NCBI GenBank assembly: GCA_016748015.1
Contig: JAAOMT010000779.1
Span: forward strand, 124,001 to 188,000
Direction: 5' to 3'
Length of the DNA: 64,000 nt
Origin: Geosiphon pyriformis uo1
Taxonomy: Eukaryota > Fungi > Glomeromycota
Shown: positions 41,101 through 53,202 of the stretch, in pieces
Position numbering within the stretch: position 1 is the stretch's first letter
Layout: every line of letters begins with the position of its first letter
The notes under the pieces: generated by a model
The model's input: only the letters and a program-made list of their open reading frames with translations
What the model was told of the DNA's origin: nothing
Database searches by the model: none
Made by a program: the position numbers and the translations under genes

Positions 41101-41614
41101 CCAAGAGAACATCATCATTAATATCAAGACTTGAGAAGTTTATTTTTCTTAATGGCTTGCCCAAAGCCATCTTAGTTGTGGTGTTTGGCCCTTTAGGCAT
41201 CTGATCATGCTCCTTGTCAGCAATAGTGCCACTTTCACTATAGTCAAAGCTAATTTTCTCCACTAGACATTTCTCTTTCATATTGATACTCTCAGACTCA
41301 ATAGTGTCACCAGTCTCAGAACTCCAAGAACAATCACCAGACACCTCAGCTGGAATCTCTTTGCCACCAACACCCTCTTTCAAAGCAACACTTTTTTTCT
41401 TCTTTCTTGATAACACAGGTTTAAAACCACCACCAGAACCAGACTTTTCAGCAATCTTCTTCATGACGGCAATACTAGGACCAACAGTGATCTCGAAATC
41501 AAAAAACAGTTTGGTTTTATCATATTAAATGAAAAAAAAAAAAAAAAACCCCCCCACTTTCAAAAAACTATATGGCTCTTTCTGGAAATTTGGGATGAAC
41601 AAGAGAAAGAAGTT
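35200..41614 (-). mobile_element. Full-length non-LTR retrotransposon (LINE A), inactivated
   Basis: ORF1 about 41464-39675 (RRM-like region plus C..C....(H)....C knuckle); ORF2 39678-35334 with APE (TCNVR, TETK), RT (AFVDN for FVDD), RNase H (YTDSSL, AELQAI) and CLMC...H...C; 3' A tail at about 35200. Confidence 0.92.
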
Positions 41615-44295
41615 TTTTTTTTTAATTTTTAATTATAAAAAAAAAAATTATTTTTGCTAACAATTTTGAATTGTAAAAAATGTTACTTGAAACTATACTT
41701 AAACAATATAATTAATTGTTTGTTTTATGTTTAATATATTTATAAAAAATAACTTCTTTCTCTCCTACATCCCAAATTCCTGAAAAAGTACAAATTTTAA
41801 AAGAAGTTTTTTCCTGTCTATATTCCTTTTGCTATTCAGTTAGATACTACAAAATCTTTCTGTTTGAATACAAGACCACTAACAGCAGTGTGTTTCTGTT
41901 ATGAAAGGGTACAAGAAGAAGTCAATTTTCGATCCTGCTGTTATGGATTTGTTTTCTAGAAAGAAGTAAAAGGGTGGTCTGTTGAAGGAACCTCTCAAGA
42001 TGGTTGGTGTTTCTGTTGGTAGCACCACTGGTAATTCAGCTATATCTGAGAATGGGGATACTATTGAGTCAGAAAGTGTCAACATGGAAGAGGAATTCTT
42101 GGTAGAAGAGACAAGTTTTCAACTGGGAAGTGGAGAAGAGTCTGGTAATGATGATATTGAGATGATGCCCAAAGGTTCTAAAAGAATAATCACGAAGTGC
42201 ACTCTTGAAAAGCCTCTAGGTATGATTGATTTCGGCAAGAAAAGTGATAATGATAGTGATATATTAGATGAGTTTGTTCTCCTTCCATCTTCTCTTTTGC
42301 CCAAGTCTTCTATTCAAGTTTCTGTTTGCAAATTTTTTGCTTTGGACATTGGCCTTGTTAATATCACTGAGAAATCTTCTCAGAAAAAATTGATTTTTGT
42401 CAGAAAAATTTTCTCTGGTGTGAATAGTTTTGGAGGGGCTTCTACCCCCTCAAAATTTGGTAGGATCATCTGGACAATGTTTACTTCTGAAAAGGCAATA
42501 ATGGCAACAGCAAATCTGGCCAATGAGCGTGGTGTTGTAGTAAACACCAATCTCAAGCATCCTGTCAACAATTGTACAAATCGGGCAATTGTGCTGAAAG
42601 AAATTCCAGTGGAAACATCTATGGAGGCTGTGCGTGTAGCTGTGTCTAAATTCGGCATTATTAGGTCAATCAAAATACAATTGGTGGGTTTGTGGCAAAA
42701 AGCGATCATTAAATTAGAGGATCAAAATCAGGCTGATTTTTTGGCTTCTAAATGGTCTATCTTTATTGAGAAAAATGTGGTTCAAGTGGCCAGAATGGAT
42801 ATTGACAAACAATTGTGGAAGGCCAGGGATAGTTTTAGAGCTTTACTGTACACTCTCCCCATGAGAACTACCACTCATAATTTGTGAGACTTCATTGGTT
42901 TTGTGGGTGGGAAAACTTGTTTTATTGATCATGATTCTGTCAGTTATTCTTGTGTCCGCTGTGCCACTGTGTGCTTCAGTTCTGAAGTGGATTTGGTTGG
43001 TGTGATGGCAGCAACTCCAGTCATAAAAGACATTGGTCTCTATTGGTTCCATTTTTCTCTGGCTTCGTATGCAGTTTGCAAGAATTATGGTCATACATCT
43101 CTCAATTGTAGGTCAGTCAAAAGTAATGTGGTTTCAGACAGCAGAAAGACTCCCTTTTCAGTTCAGAACCAGGTTAGGTTAGCTAAGATTTATGTGAAGA
43201 AGTCTGCACCTATCTCTCATCCTCTGGCTTTTGGTGGTAAAACTTGGGTGTCAGTGGCTGGTCTTTCTTCTGCTCTCTTTCTTTCTGGTAGTAAGTTACA
43301 TTTGGGATCTGTTGTCAATGGTAAACCTACCCTTCCTGTTGCAAATAATTTGGAAAGACGTCTAGTTGGTATTGAAAGCAGTCTTGTTAGTCTCATGGAA
43401 CAAATTAGTGAGTTGGCTAAGAAGTTGGATTCACTTATGCTGGCAGTTTCTCAGCCTAGCCCTGGATGTCAGTTGTCAGTGACTCTCCCATCTCAGAATC
43501 TAAAGGACAATATAATAATGAGTGTGGGTTTAAGTGAGGCCACTAGTGATGAGGCTACTACGATTGTGGAGTTGTCTGTGTCCTCCCATGTTATCAAGTT
43601 GGAAAATATGTTGGAGGATCTCTCCAAATCCATGTTAAGCTTATCTGCTTGTTTCAAAAGTTTGGTTTTGGCTGGTGGTGCAAACTCACAACTCTCTTCT
43701 CAATGAGTGAGCTCATCTGGAAAGTTGCCATGTGCAATATTAGAGGAATGAATAATCCTGTGAAGCAGGATAATATCATTTGTTGGCACAAGGACATAGA
43801 CAATTTAGTTTTTATTTTTACGGAGTCAAAATTAAAGGGAAAGGTTCGCCCCTAGATTGCTGACAAATTTAATGGAGTTTGGGTGTTTACTTCTGGTTTG
43901 AAATCTGGGCATTTGGGTGCTGATGTTGTTATTGTTATGAACTCTTCCCTGGCAAAACATGTGTGCAAGGTTTCTGAGGTGCTTGGTCAGCTTCTCTCCA
44001 TTAAGTTGCTTTTCAAAAATAAACTTTTGGTGTCAATTTTGGGGCTTTATACTGGTGCTTCTTCAGCAATTCAGTTCTCTCAGACTGGTGACATCAATTC
44101 TCTTATTGCAAGGGCTGTTAATGAGTCTTCTTTTCTCATTCTTGGTGGTGATTTCAATGAAGATGGTTCTCATAAGTGTGCGAGTTTCAAGAAATGCCTT
44201 GACTTGGAACTGGTAAATTCTCTGGTCAGAAGCCTGGTTGCAAAGAAACCCACTTGGGCAAATTCTAGGGGTGTCGAAAAGACAATTAACTATGT

Positions 44296-45275
44296 TGTTA
44301 CCAGATGAAATTAGAGATATTATTTAGCATAAAATTATCTTATAAATCCTATCATTAATTAGCATATTATTGTTTCAAATTATCACTTATTACATTAGCA
44401 AAATGTCCAAAATTATCATTTAATTAAATAACCCAATTTGTACACAACACAAATGTAACCTAATTGCAATGATCAAATCATGCAATACCTTGAACTATGT
44501 AACATTCAAAAGTTTGCCGAAATTTGTAGAAATTCGCTGAAATAATTGATAGTTCACTGAAATATCTAATAGTTCGCAGAAATAACTTGTAGTTTGCCGA
44601 AATATATCTTTAATTCAGCGAAATTGTAGAAAATAGCAAAGTTTAAGTTCATAAAATAGTGTTACGACAAGTTGTATAAAAGAAGAGCATTTCTCTTCGA
44701 GAAAATGTATCTTACTTTAGATTTATCACTTAGAACCATTCCTACACACACAAAAGAAATAAATATCAAATAATTCGAAAAACCAAATTCTTTAATTATT
44801 ACACTTAAAAAATTCCCAAAACTCAACTAAAGTTTTGAAATTGATTAGCTACCAATTTCAGTAAACTGTTAGTGACTTCAGGCCTGGATCAAAAACGTTT
44901 CTCTTAATAAAATCTGATTTCTTTTACATTTCTTTTATTTTTCTTTTTCTTTTCTTATTACAATTATTAGGGTAGCCTACAGACGAGATTTCTGTAGAAG
45001 AGTTGACTTTCACAGCAAAGTAACTACACATATTTTTAATGAGCTTCCAGATAAGTAATTCCTGAGAAAGAGTTGATGTTTACTACAACATAACTACATA
45101 AAGTAACTGGCAAGGAATTGGCCATTCCACTTATAAGCCCAGCAGTTCAAATTATAGGAGATAATTTGAAAATAAATTCAGTTACTGGAGGTTCAACCAC
45201 ATCCAGAAAACGTGAATTCACAGCAAACAGGCATTAACAACATTGAAAAAAAGAGACCAAAAACCTCCGGTAACA
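44296..45275 (+). repeat. 5' LTR (980 bp)
   Basis: TGTTACCAGA...TCCGGTAACA; direct repeat of 53171-54153. Confidence 0.97.
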
Positions 45276-45277
45276 TT

Positions 45278-45295
45278 TGGTGCTCTCCCATGAAA
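45278..45295 (+). promoter_or_regulatory. tRNA primer-binding site
   Basis: TGGTGCTCTCCCATG 2 nt after the LTR end, complementary to a tRNA 3' end ...GAGCACCA; tRNA identity not determined. Confidence 0.8.
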
Positions 45296-45320
45296 ACAAC
45301 ACAGCAAAAACAACTTCAAA

Positions 45321-48300
45321 GTGGTGACCACACCAGATGCAACAACTCTAAAGTATTACCAATCAATTTATACTCACTGCAAGCAAAGATTCAACATTCC
45401 AGACGGAATTGAAGTTGTCAAGAAATCAGTATACCAATACATTGAAAACCGCATCAACAATTATCTTTTTGGAAATTACAATATCTCAGAAGTTAGAAGC
45501 AATCTTTACAATAATTTAGCACACTATTCACAGTTGGAAACTGAAGACCTTAACAGCAAAACACTTGCCACTTACTTTTACAAACTTAATTTTAACATTA
45601 TCAAATACTGTGAAGAAACATATTTAGTGCAGTCTCAATACACTATTGATTTTGAATCGGAAACAGAAACAAGCAACAAAGGCAAAAACAAATTAAAGCA
45701 ATACTCAAGAACCACCCCAAATACTCCAACACTACCAAAAACAACTGCCAACCATTTACAAACATCTGAACAAGGAACCAGTTCAAAACTTCCACTTACT
45801 ATCACATCTTTTCTAGTTTTACTTGCACAAGCACAAACGCCTAATTCACCCTTGAATCAATTTGCAAGACCAGAAGATTTTACATCACTCAGAAGTCTCA
45901 TCAGACAACAAGAACCCCTTCAAACTAGTTCCAATTTCCTTGATTTTCTAGCTGAAAATCAAAGTGAACACTCTGAAACAGCAGCAAATGAAGAAAACAA
46001 ACCAGAAATATCTGAAGAAGAATCAATAGACAGTGAAAACAAAGAAAACGAAATGACAACATACATTGCAAAAATCCCTGAATTTAATAGAGAAGACATT
46101 GAGACCAGTCCCCAAGAATGGCTCGACCAAGTTACTAAAGCAGGAGATGCAAATGGATGGAATGCTGCCAGAATGTTAAGAACAATTCCCTACTTTCTCA
46201 AAGGAACAGCAGGAGAATGGTTTGAAAACTTGGCCGTTCCATTCAATGATTGGAATGCTTTCAAAGCAGCCTTTCTTGAACAGTTCACCGACAATAATAC
46301 CTCCATTACCCTTCGCAATCGTTTTCAAAATATCAAACAAGAACTCTCTGAATCTGTTATGACTTATATTGGGAAATTCAACAAACTTCTCAGACAAATT
46401 TGCCAACTCGAAACAAACAATTATTATTCCAATGCTCAAATCTTGGATCAATTTATTGCTGGTCTAAAAGATAAACTAATTAAAAAGGTTTGCCTACATG
46501 CACCAGAAGATTTAAACTCTGCCATACAGCATGCGAAAAGATACGAAATGGCCATGGAAAAGGCCAATCACACAAAACTTGTAAATTTGGCAATTGAAGA
46601 AACCAGCTCAGCAGCCGAGAAAAAAATTGACCAACTCACAAAGAAGGTTGAAAACTATTTCACCAATTAACAACAACAGCAACTCCAAAGATATCAACCA
46701 CCCCAAAGACAAAATCAAAATAACTTTGCACCACTTTCCAATAACCAGCCTCAGAATTGCCATTACTGTGGAATCTCTGGCCACTGGAAAAGAGATTGCA
46801 GAAAGCTACAATGAGACCAACAAAATAAGAGTAATCAATGTTACCCTCCACCACAGCAATCTTATTATTAACCACCACCACCACCAGCTTACTATCCACC
46901 AAGACCCCAATACCAAAATAACTATTATCAGCCAGCCCCACAGCCAATCCAACAGTAATATCAACAACCACCCACACAATATTATCAAGTACCTGCTTGA
47001 AGACTGATTACACAAAATCAATTCACACCACAAAACCGATACCAAGTAAACAACAACAGAATCAGTTCAAACAACCAATTGGTTCCCCGAAATACCACTC
47101 AACCAAGACCCAACCACTACCACACTCAACCCAGTTATTTAACAATGCCGGAAGAACAGGATTTTCACTATACTGCACTCTCAGAAGATAGAGCTGCAGC
47201 ACAACAACAACAAAATTCTTCCTATACTCCCACCACAATTCCACCAGCCAGAATTGCTAAAAATGCTAATCTTTCAGATATATTCCCTTTTGAGTTTGAA
47301 GCAAATGAGTCATCATTTCTGCTTAGCAATGCAGCCGCCAATGAACAAAAAGCAATCATGGTCATGTACACTGAAGCTGAAGTCAAAGGAAAGACAATTT
47401 GTTTGATCCTAGACAGTGGATCCGCCGAAAGTATTATCACCTACCAGTTAATGCAACAGTTGAAAAGAAATGTTGACCGACCAGCTCAAACAGTAATTGT
47501 CACTGCCAATGGCATGAAAAAGACCCCAGTAGGAGAAATTGACAATTTTCTGTTCACTCTTGATAGAATTAACATTCCAGTCAAAGTTCTTGTAATGAAC
47601 GCACCCCAGTACCAAGCTCTTGTCGAAAATGATTGGCTTCAAAAAGCCAATGCTAATCTGAATTGGGAAACACAAGAGTTAACAATCTCCTACCAAGGAC
47701 AACACGCCCGAGTACCTGCCATTTGTGGTACATTCAACAAACACTCTGAAAAAGTCCCAGCTTTTGAATTCGAACCAGAAGAGGAAAAACCCTTCATTGA
47801 AACATTCATGGCTCTAGGATCAACGTCCAACTGGGCCAATGAAACAGAACAAGAACATTTTACCCCACACACTAAACCCAAAACCTCTGGATGAAATATC
47901 CCTTACTCAAAACCCGAACCAAAAAAACAATGCCCCTATATTTCCCTTAAATGTAAGAACTGCCACAAGAAATTATTGTCAATGGGAGCCTGCATTTCAC
48001 CTGAAGAAGAATATGAGAATCATACTTGTTATTACTGCAAGGCTTGCCACAAAGAACGATGGGGTCATCTAATAAAAAGAAGCGGAAAATGTGATAACAC
48101 CCCTTGTTTGACTTGTGGAGATATGCTACCGGAAGAATGCAATTAGATTGATGTAGCCATGAGAGAAGGAGTCTACGATCAGACCTACCAATATGCTTTA
48201 TCAATTTCAGAAAAAGTAAAAAGAGGAACACCCTTTAATGCAGCATACAACAGTGCTCTCAACAAACTTTATCACTACCTCCATAATGCTGAGATGATTT

Positions 48301-51300
48301 TCGATCTAGCAATGACATTAATTAATGGAGTTACCAAAGAAGATGTTTGTTAAATGAAGGAAGCAGAATACATTGAATACACTATAGAATTAGCTGGATT
48401 CAATTACGAAAATGAAGTAGAAGTCTACCACTAAATTGCAAGTCACACCTACCCAACCCAAGAAGCTCAAATTCAACAATTAGAGCAAATGAACATTAGG
48501 CTATGTGAAGAATGCATTATGCCTTGCAATGAACAGTGGTGTCCTGAATGCTATGCTCTTAATATCCCCTTGTCCAGCGAAAATGATGAAAACAAAATTG
48601 AATTTGGAGAACCTGAAGCAATGGAAGAAAGTGAAACAACATCTATCTACCTTATTGAAAATCAGCCTGTCTTACAACTCAAATACTTCAACAACAATGG
48701 ACAAGGAATAAAACCCGAAAAAGCACACGAAATTGATGCTGGATATGACCTAAGATATCTAGGCAAGGATACTCTTGTTCTCAAACCCAAATCCCTTACA
48801 AAAATCAACCTAAAAATTGCACTCGAAATTCCGCCAGGAGCAATGGTTCAAATCACCTCCCGGTCCTCTCTGGCAAGCAAAGAAATCAATGTTAGAGGAG
48901 GAATAATTGATGCTGGATATACTGGAGACATTACAGTGATGCTTCAAAATGAAACTGACAAATCATTTAAGATTAAACATGCTGAAAAAATTGCCCAAGC
49001 TATTTACCTACCCTTAATCAACATTTTGGGTTTGCAACTAATCAATCAAAGAGAACAATTAGGAAAAAGCGATAGAAGAACCCAAGGTTTTGGTTCAATT
49101 GGATGATTCACAGTTCCAGTTAATATAGCTCTTAACACACAGAATGAATCTTACCAGATTCTCAAACTTCCACAATTGATTACCATCTCACTCTTTGAAG
49201 AACATTTGGAAATCTACACCTGCCCAAAGCCAACAACCACACAACAAATTTTTGAGTCCAATGAACAAGTCTGCTTGGAACATAATATTTCAATCCCAAA
49301 CATTTATATTCCAAAAAGAACAAAGAAAATTCGAGTTACTTTTTACAACCCCAATAATTACCCCATAATTTTATTAAATAAATTAGAAATTGGAGTTATT
49401 GACAGTAATATATTCCAACAAGAATTACCCCAAACAGTCCCCGATTTCTCTGAAATTATTGGACATTCACTACCAAAAATCAACTCAAATCTCAGCTCCA
49501 AAAACTACCATGTTGTTATGAAAAAACTATCTCAAATCAACATGGGACAACTTAAACCACAACAACAGACCCAGCTCAAAGAGCTAATTGTAGAATTTGC
49601 TGATATCTTTGCTGAAAACAACAATGACTTGGGAAGAACCGATTTGGTCTGACACCAAATTTACACAGGAGATGCCAAACCAAAAAGACAACAAGCATAT
49701 TGAGTTGCTCCAGAAAGCCACCAATTCATCCGAGAAGAAGTACAACAAATGCTTAACAATGGGCTCATCCAACCCTCCATGAGTCCTTGGGCTTCACCTG
49801 TAATGCTAATTAAAAAGAAAAATGGGAAGATCCGATTTTGTATTAACTATCGACAACTCAACAGTGTTACAATTGAAGATGCCTATCCCCTTTTTCAGAT
49901 TGATGACATGTTAGATGCCCTTGGAAAATCCAAATACTTTTCAACACTAGATTTAGAAAGCAGTTACTGGCAAGTTGCTATGGATCCCAAAGATCGCCCC
50001 AAAACAGCATTCACCACCCAAGGCAGAAATTACGAGTTTAATGTAATGCCTTTCGGATTATGTAATGCACCAGCAACGTTTCAAAGATTAATGGATGTTG
50101 TGTACCAAGGACTTCTTTGGAAATCAGTAGTCGTTTATCTTAACGATACTGATGTTTATTCTCCATCATTCGAATTACACTTAAAACACCTGTGAGAAGT
50201 TTTTCAACGATTACGAAAAGCAGGACTAAAACTCAACATTGAAAAATGCTACTTTGGAAAAACAAGCTTGGCCTTCCTTGGGCATATCATTAATAAAAAT
50301 GGAATCAAACTGGACCCTGGAAAAATCAGCATTGTCAAAAACTTCAAAACTCCTTAAAACACTACAGAATTAAAAAGATTCATAGGATTAGCATCTTACT
50401 ATTGAAAGTTTATCAAAGGATTCTCGAAAATTGCAAAACCCCTCAACCAGCTCACTACCAAAAACGTTGAATACAAATGGATTACCAAACACCAAAGAGC
50501 TTTTGAAATTCTCAAGGAAAAACTGACAACAGCTCCAATTCTCATCTACCTGGATTTCAGCAACTGATTTTGACTAGCTACATATGCTTTGTATACTGCC
50601 TTTGGTGCCATCTTATTACAACTAGATGACAATGGAAATGAGTGAGTAATTGCTTATGCTAGCAGAATATTAAAACCAGCTGAGAAAAACTACCCTGCCA
50701 CAAAACTAGAAACAGCAGCCGTAATTTGGGCTCTACACCACTTCAATCTTTATCTCAAGCCTAAAGAATTTGATATTATCACTGATAATATTGGACTCAC
50801 ATGATTTCAGAACAAAAATACTCAGCTGAATACAAAACAAACCTGATGGACAGGATTTCTAGCAAACTATTGATACATAGTATATCACAAACCAGGAAAA
50901 CTCCATACCAACGTTGACTGTCTCTCCAAAATGAGACAAGATTAGAAAACACAAAAACCAACACTTAACTTAACCAACCGAAAGAGCCAACAAACAATAA
51001 ATTCAGAAAACTACAACAATCTCAAACAATATTTGGAAATATTAACAATCCCAACAGATTGGTCTCCAGATAAAAAACATTGACTACAATAACAAGCCAA
51101 ACAATATTTCCTACACAACAACATTATTTATCATCGAAATTTCAAAAACCCAGACAAACCACTCAGATTAATACAAAAACGGGAAAAAGAGACTATATTA
51201 TACAACATGCACTCAGATCTTTCATCAGCCCACTTCAGAAAAAACAGCACCACCCAAAGAACACTAGAATACTACTTTTGGTCTTGAATGAGAAAAGACA

Positions 51301-52382
51301 TTCATGAATATGTCAAATCTTGTGATAATTGTCAAAGAAGAAGAGGAACACGCCCTACTGAACCATTAAATCCAATCAAAGTTGGACAACTCTTTGACCG
51401 AGTTGGTATCAATTTAGTCGGACCACTATCTATTACCACTTAAGAAAACTGTTATATTGCAGTAGTGGTAGACTATCTTACTAAATGGCCCGAAGCCAAA
51501 GCCATTTAATGAGCAAATGCAAAATCAGTAGCAAATTTCATCTACAAAGACATCATTTGTAGACATGGATGTCCAATTGAACTTTTATCCAATCAGGGAA
51601 CACACTTTGTGAACAATCTGATACAAAAAATTTGCGAACAATTCAATGTCAAAAGACCTCTGTCTTTGCCCTACCATCCACAAACAAACGGACTTGTGGA
51701 ACGTTTTAACAGAACATTGTATGAGTCATTAGCCAAAGTCTCAACTGATTTTGAGCAAGATTGGGATATCTTTATTTCATCAGTGTTGCTAGCATATAGA
51801 ATACTAAAACAAAATACCACAAAACACACACCATTTGATTTAACTTACAGAAGGACAGCAACATTACTAATTAGTTTCACAGTGGAAACATACCCAGCAC
51901 AACCAATCGATGAAAACAATTTCCAAGAAATGCTTCAGCAAAGAGCCTACACTCTGCTTAGCACATTGGAAGGAAAACAACGAATAGCAGCCACCCATAT
52001 TAAACACTTCCAAACTCAACAAAAAGAATGGCATGACAACAAATTGCCTCCAGTCACCAATAAATTTAAAATCGGAAACAAAGTTCTCTTACACAGAACT
52101 AAAGCAGAAAAACAATGGAATGGAAAATTTGAAAACAAATGAGATGGACCATTTTTTATCCATGAAGTCCTAGACAACGGATCATACAAGCTAAGACTTG
52201 ATGACAAAATCCTAGCAAAAGTTGCACATGGAGATTGTTTGAAACACTATCATTCAAGAAACAATCCTGAATCATTAATTTCACAAATTGGTACACATTC
52301 CTCTTTAGTCAATCCCGAAGATATTTCCTGAAACTTAGAACCAATAGTTATCATTGAACAACCTTCTAATCTGAACACTTAA
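45321..52382 (+). pseudogene. Single-frame Gag-Pol polyprotein (about 2350 codons) with many point stops
   Basis: ORF fragments at 45321, 47079, 48159, 48489, 49176, 49749 and 51609 share one frame. Capsid IPEF...PQEWL, knuckle CHYCGISGHWKRDC, protease LILDSGS, RT RFCINYR/MPFGLCNAPATFQ/YLND, RNase H, integrase H..H..CDNC, YHPQTNGLVER, DGPF. Confidence 0.93.
48690..49103 (+). other. dUTPase domain within the Gypsy polyprotein
   Basis: All five trimeric dUTPase motifs: DAGYDL, SRSSLA, GGIIDAGYTGDI, KIAQAI, RRTQGFGSIG. Confidence 0.93.
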
Positions 52383-52482
52383 TTTAATTTACTAGTTATT
52401 TCCTTATAATTTAGAAACAATCAAAACAAAAATAACATAAAAACCCATACACCAAAAATAATTTTTTTTCAAATCTCTTAGA

Positions 52483-53202
52483 ATGACTATTCCTTAAAAC
52501 ATTCAACAATTATCTCAAAAACTAATGTTAGCTTTAAAAACAATATCTGAATTATCTATTACTGTTACTGGAAACCACATTAAATATACCCAAACAGAAG
52601 TAGTTACAAATTTAGCCCCAAATTCACGAAAGTATCACCCATATAAGAAGAACACAAGAAGTTATTCTGGAATTCACCTGCCAGAACTTTTAAAGCTTGC
52701 TTTAAGAGAAAACTTAATGCTCACTCCAATTAGTATTCCACCAAATGCTACAATTCAACAAAGACTTCAACTGTGTCTCAATGAGGAAAACACTGAATAT
52801 CCTCCAATCTATAGATATTTCCACATTGGAAAAACACTCTACAAATGGAAACTGGAACTTACAACAACAAACTTCACAAAAGAAGCTATTCAGAAACAAC
52901 TCCACAATGAATTCAAGACAATAGCTGGACCAACAAACAGTCGCTACAAGCTCAGAGCTGCTCTTAGACTTTATGACCTATTCCACACCTGTGAAAATGT
53001 CCTACAAAACCCAATATTACGACCTTTAAAGATTCAATACATTGGAAAGCTCACAGAACTGAAATTTCAACAATTTTCAGACCAAATTTTTTCAATAATT
53101 TTGGATTACTATCTGGAAATTACAGACAGTACTTGGACTTCAATGGAGCTCAGTTTTGAGGAGGAGGTTATGTTACCAGATGAAATTAGAGATATTATTT
53201 AG
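52483..53202 (+). CDS. Accessory ORF3 of the Gypsy element (env position, no obvious TM segment)
   Basis: 225-aa ORF 52525-53202, with an in-frame upstream ATG at 52483 separated by one TAA; runs through the PPT into the 3' LTR. Confidence 0.7.
53158..53170 (+). promoter_or_regulatory. Polypurine tract
   Basis: GAGGAGGAGG immediately before the 3' LTR. Confidence 0.8.

Noticed and set aside
45321-52382. Alternative genetic code or stop readthrough in the Gypsy polyprotein
   Set aside because: Stops are of all three types and replace Arg, Gln and Trp codons by single transitions, which fits mutational decay.
52525-53202. True env gene
   Set aside because: No signal peptide, furin site or transmembrane anchor is visible, and it is short for an envelope protein.
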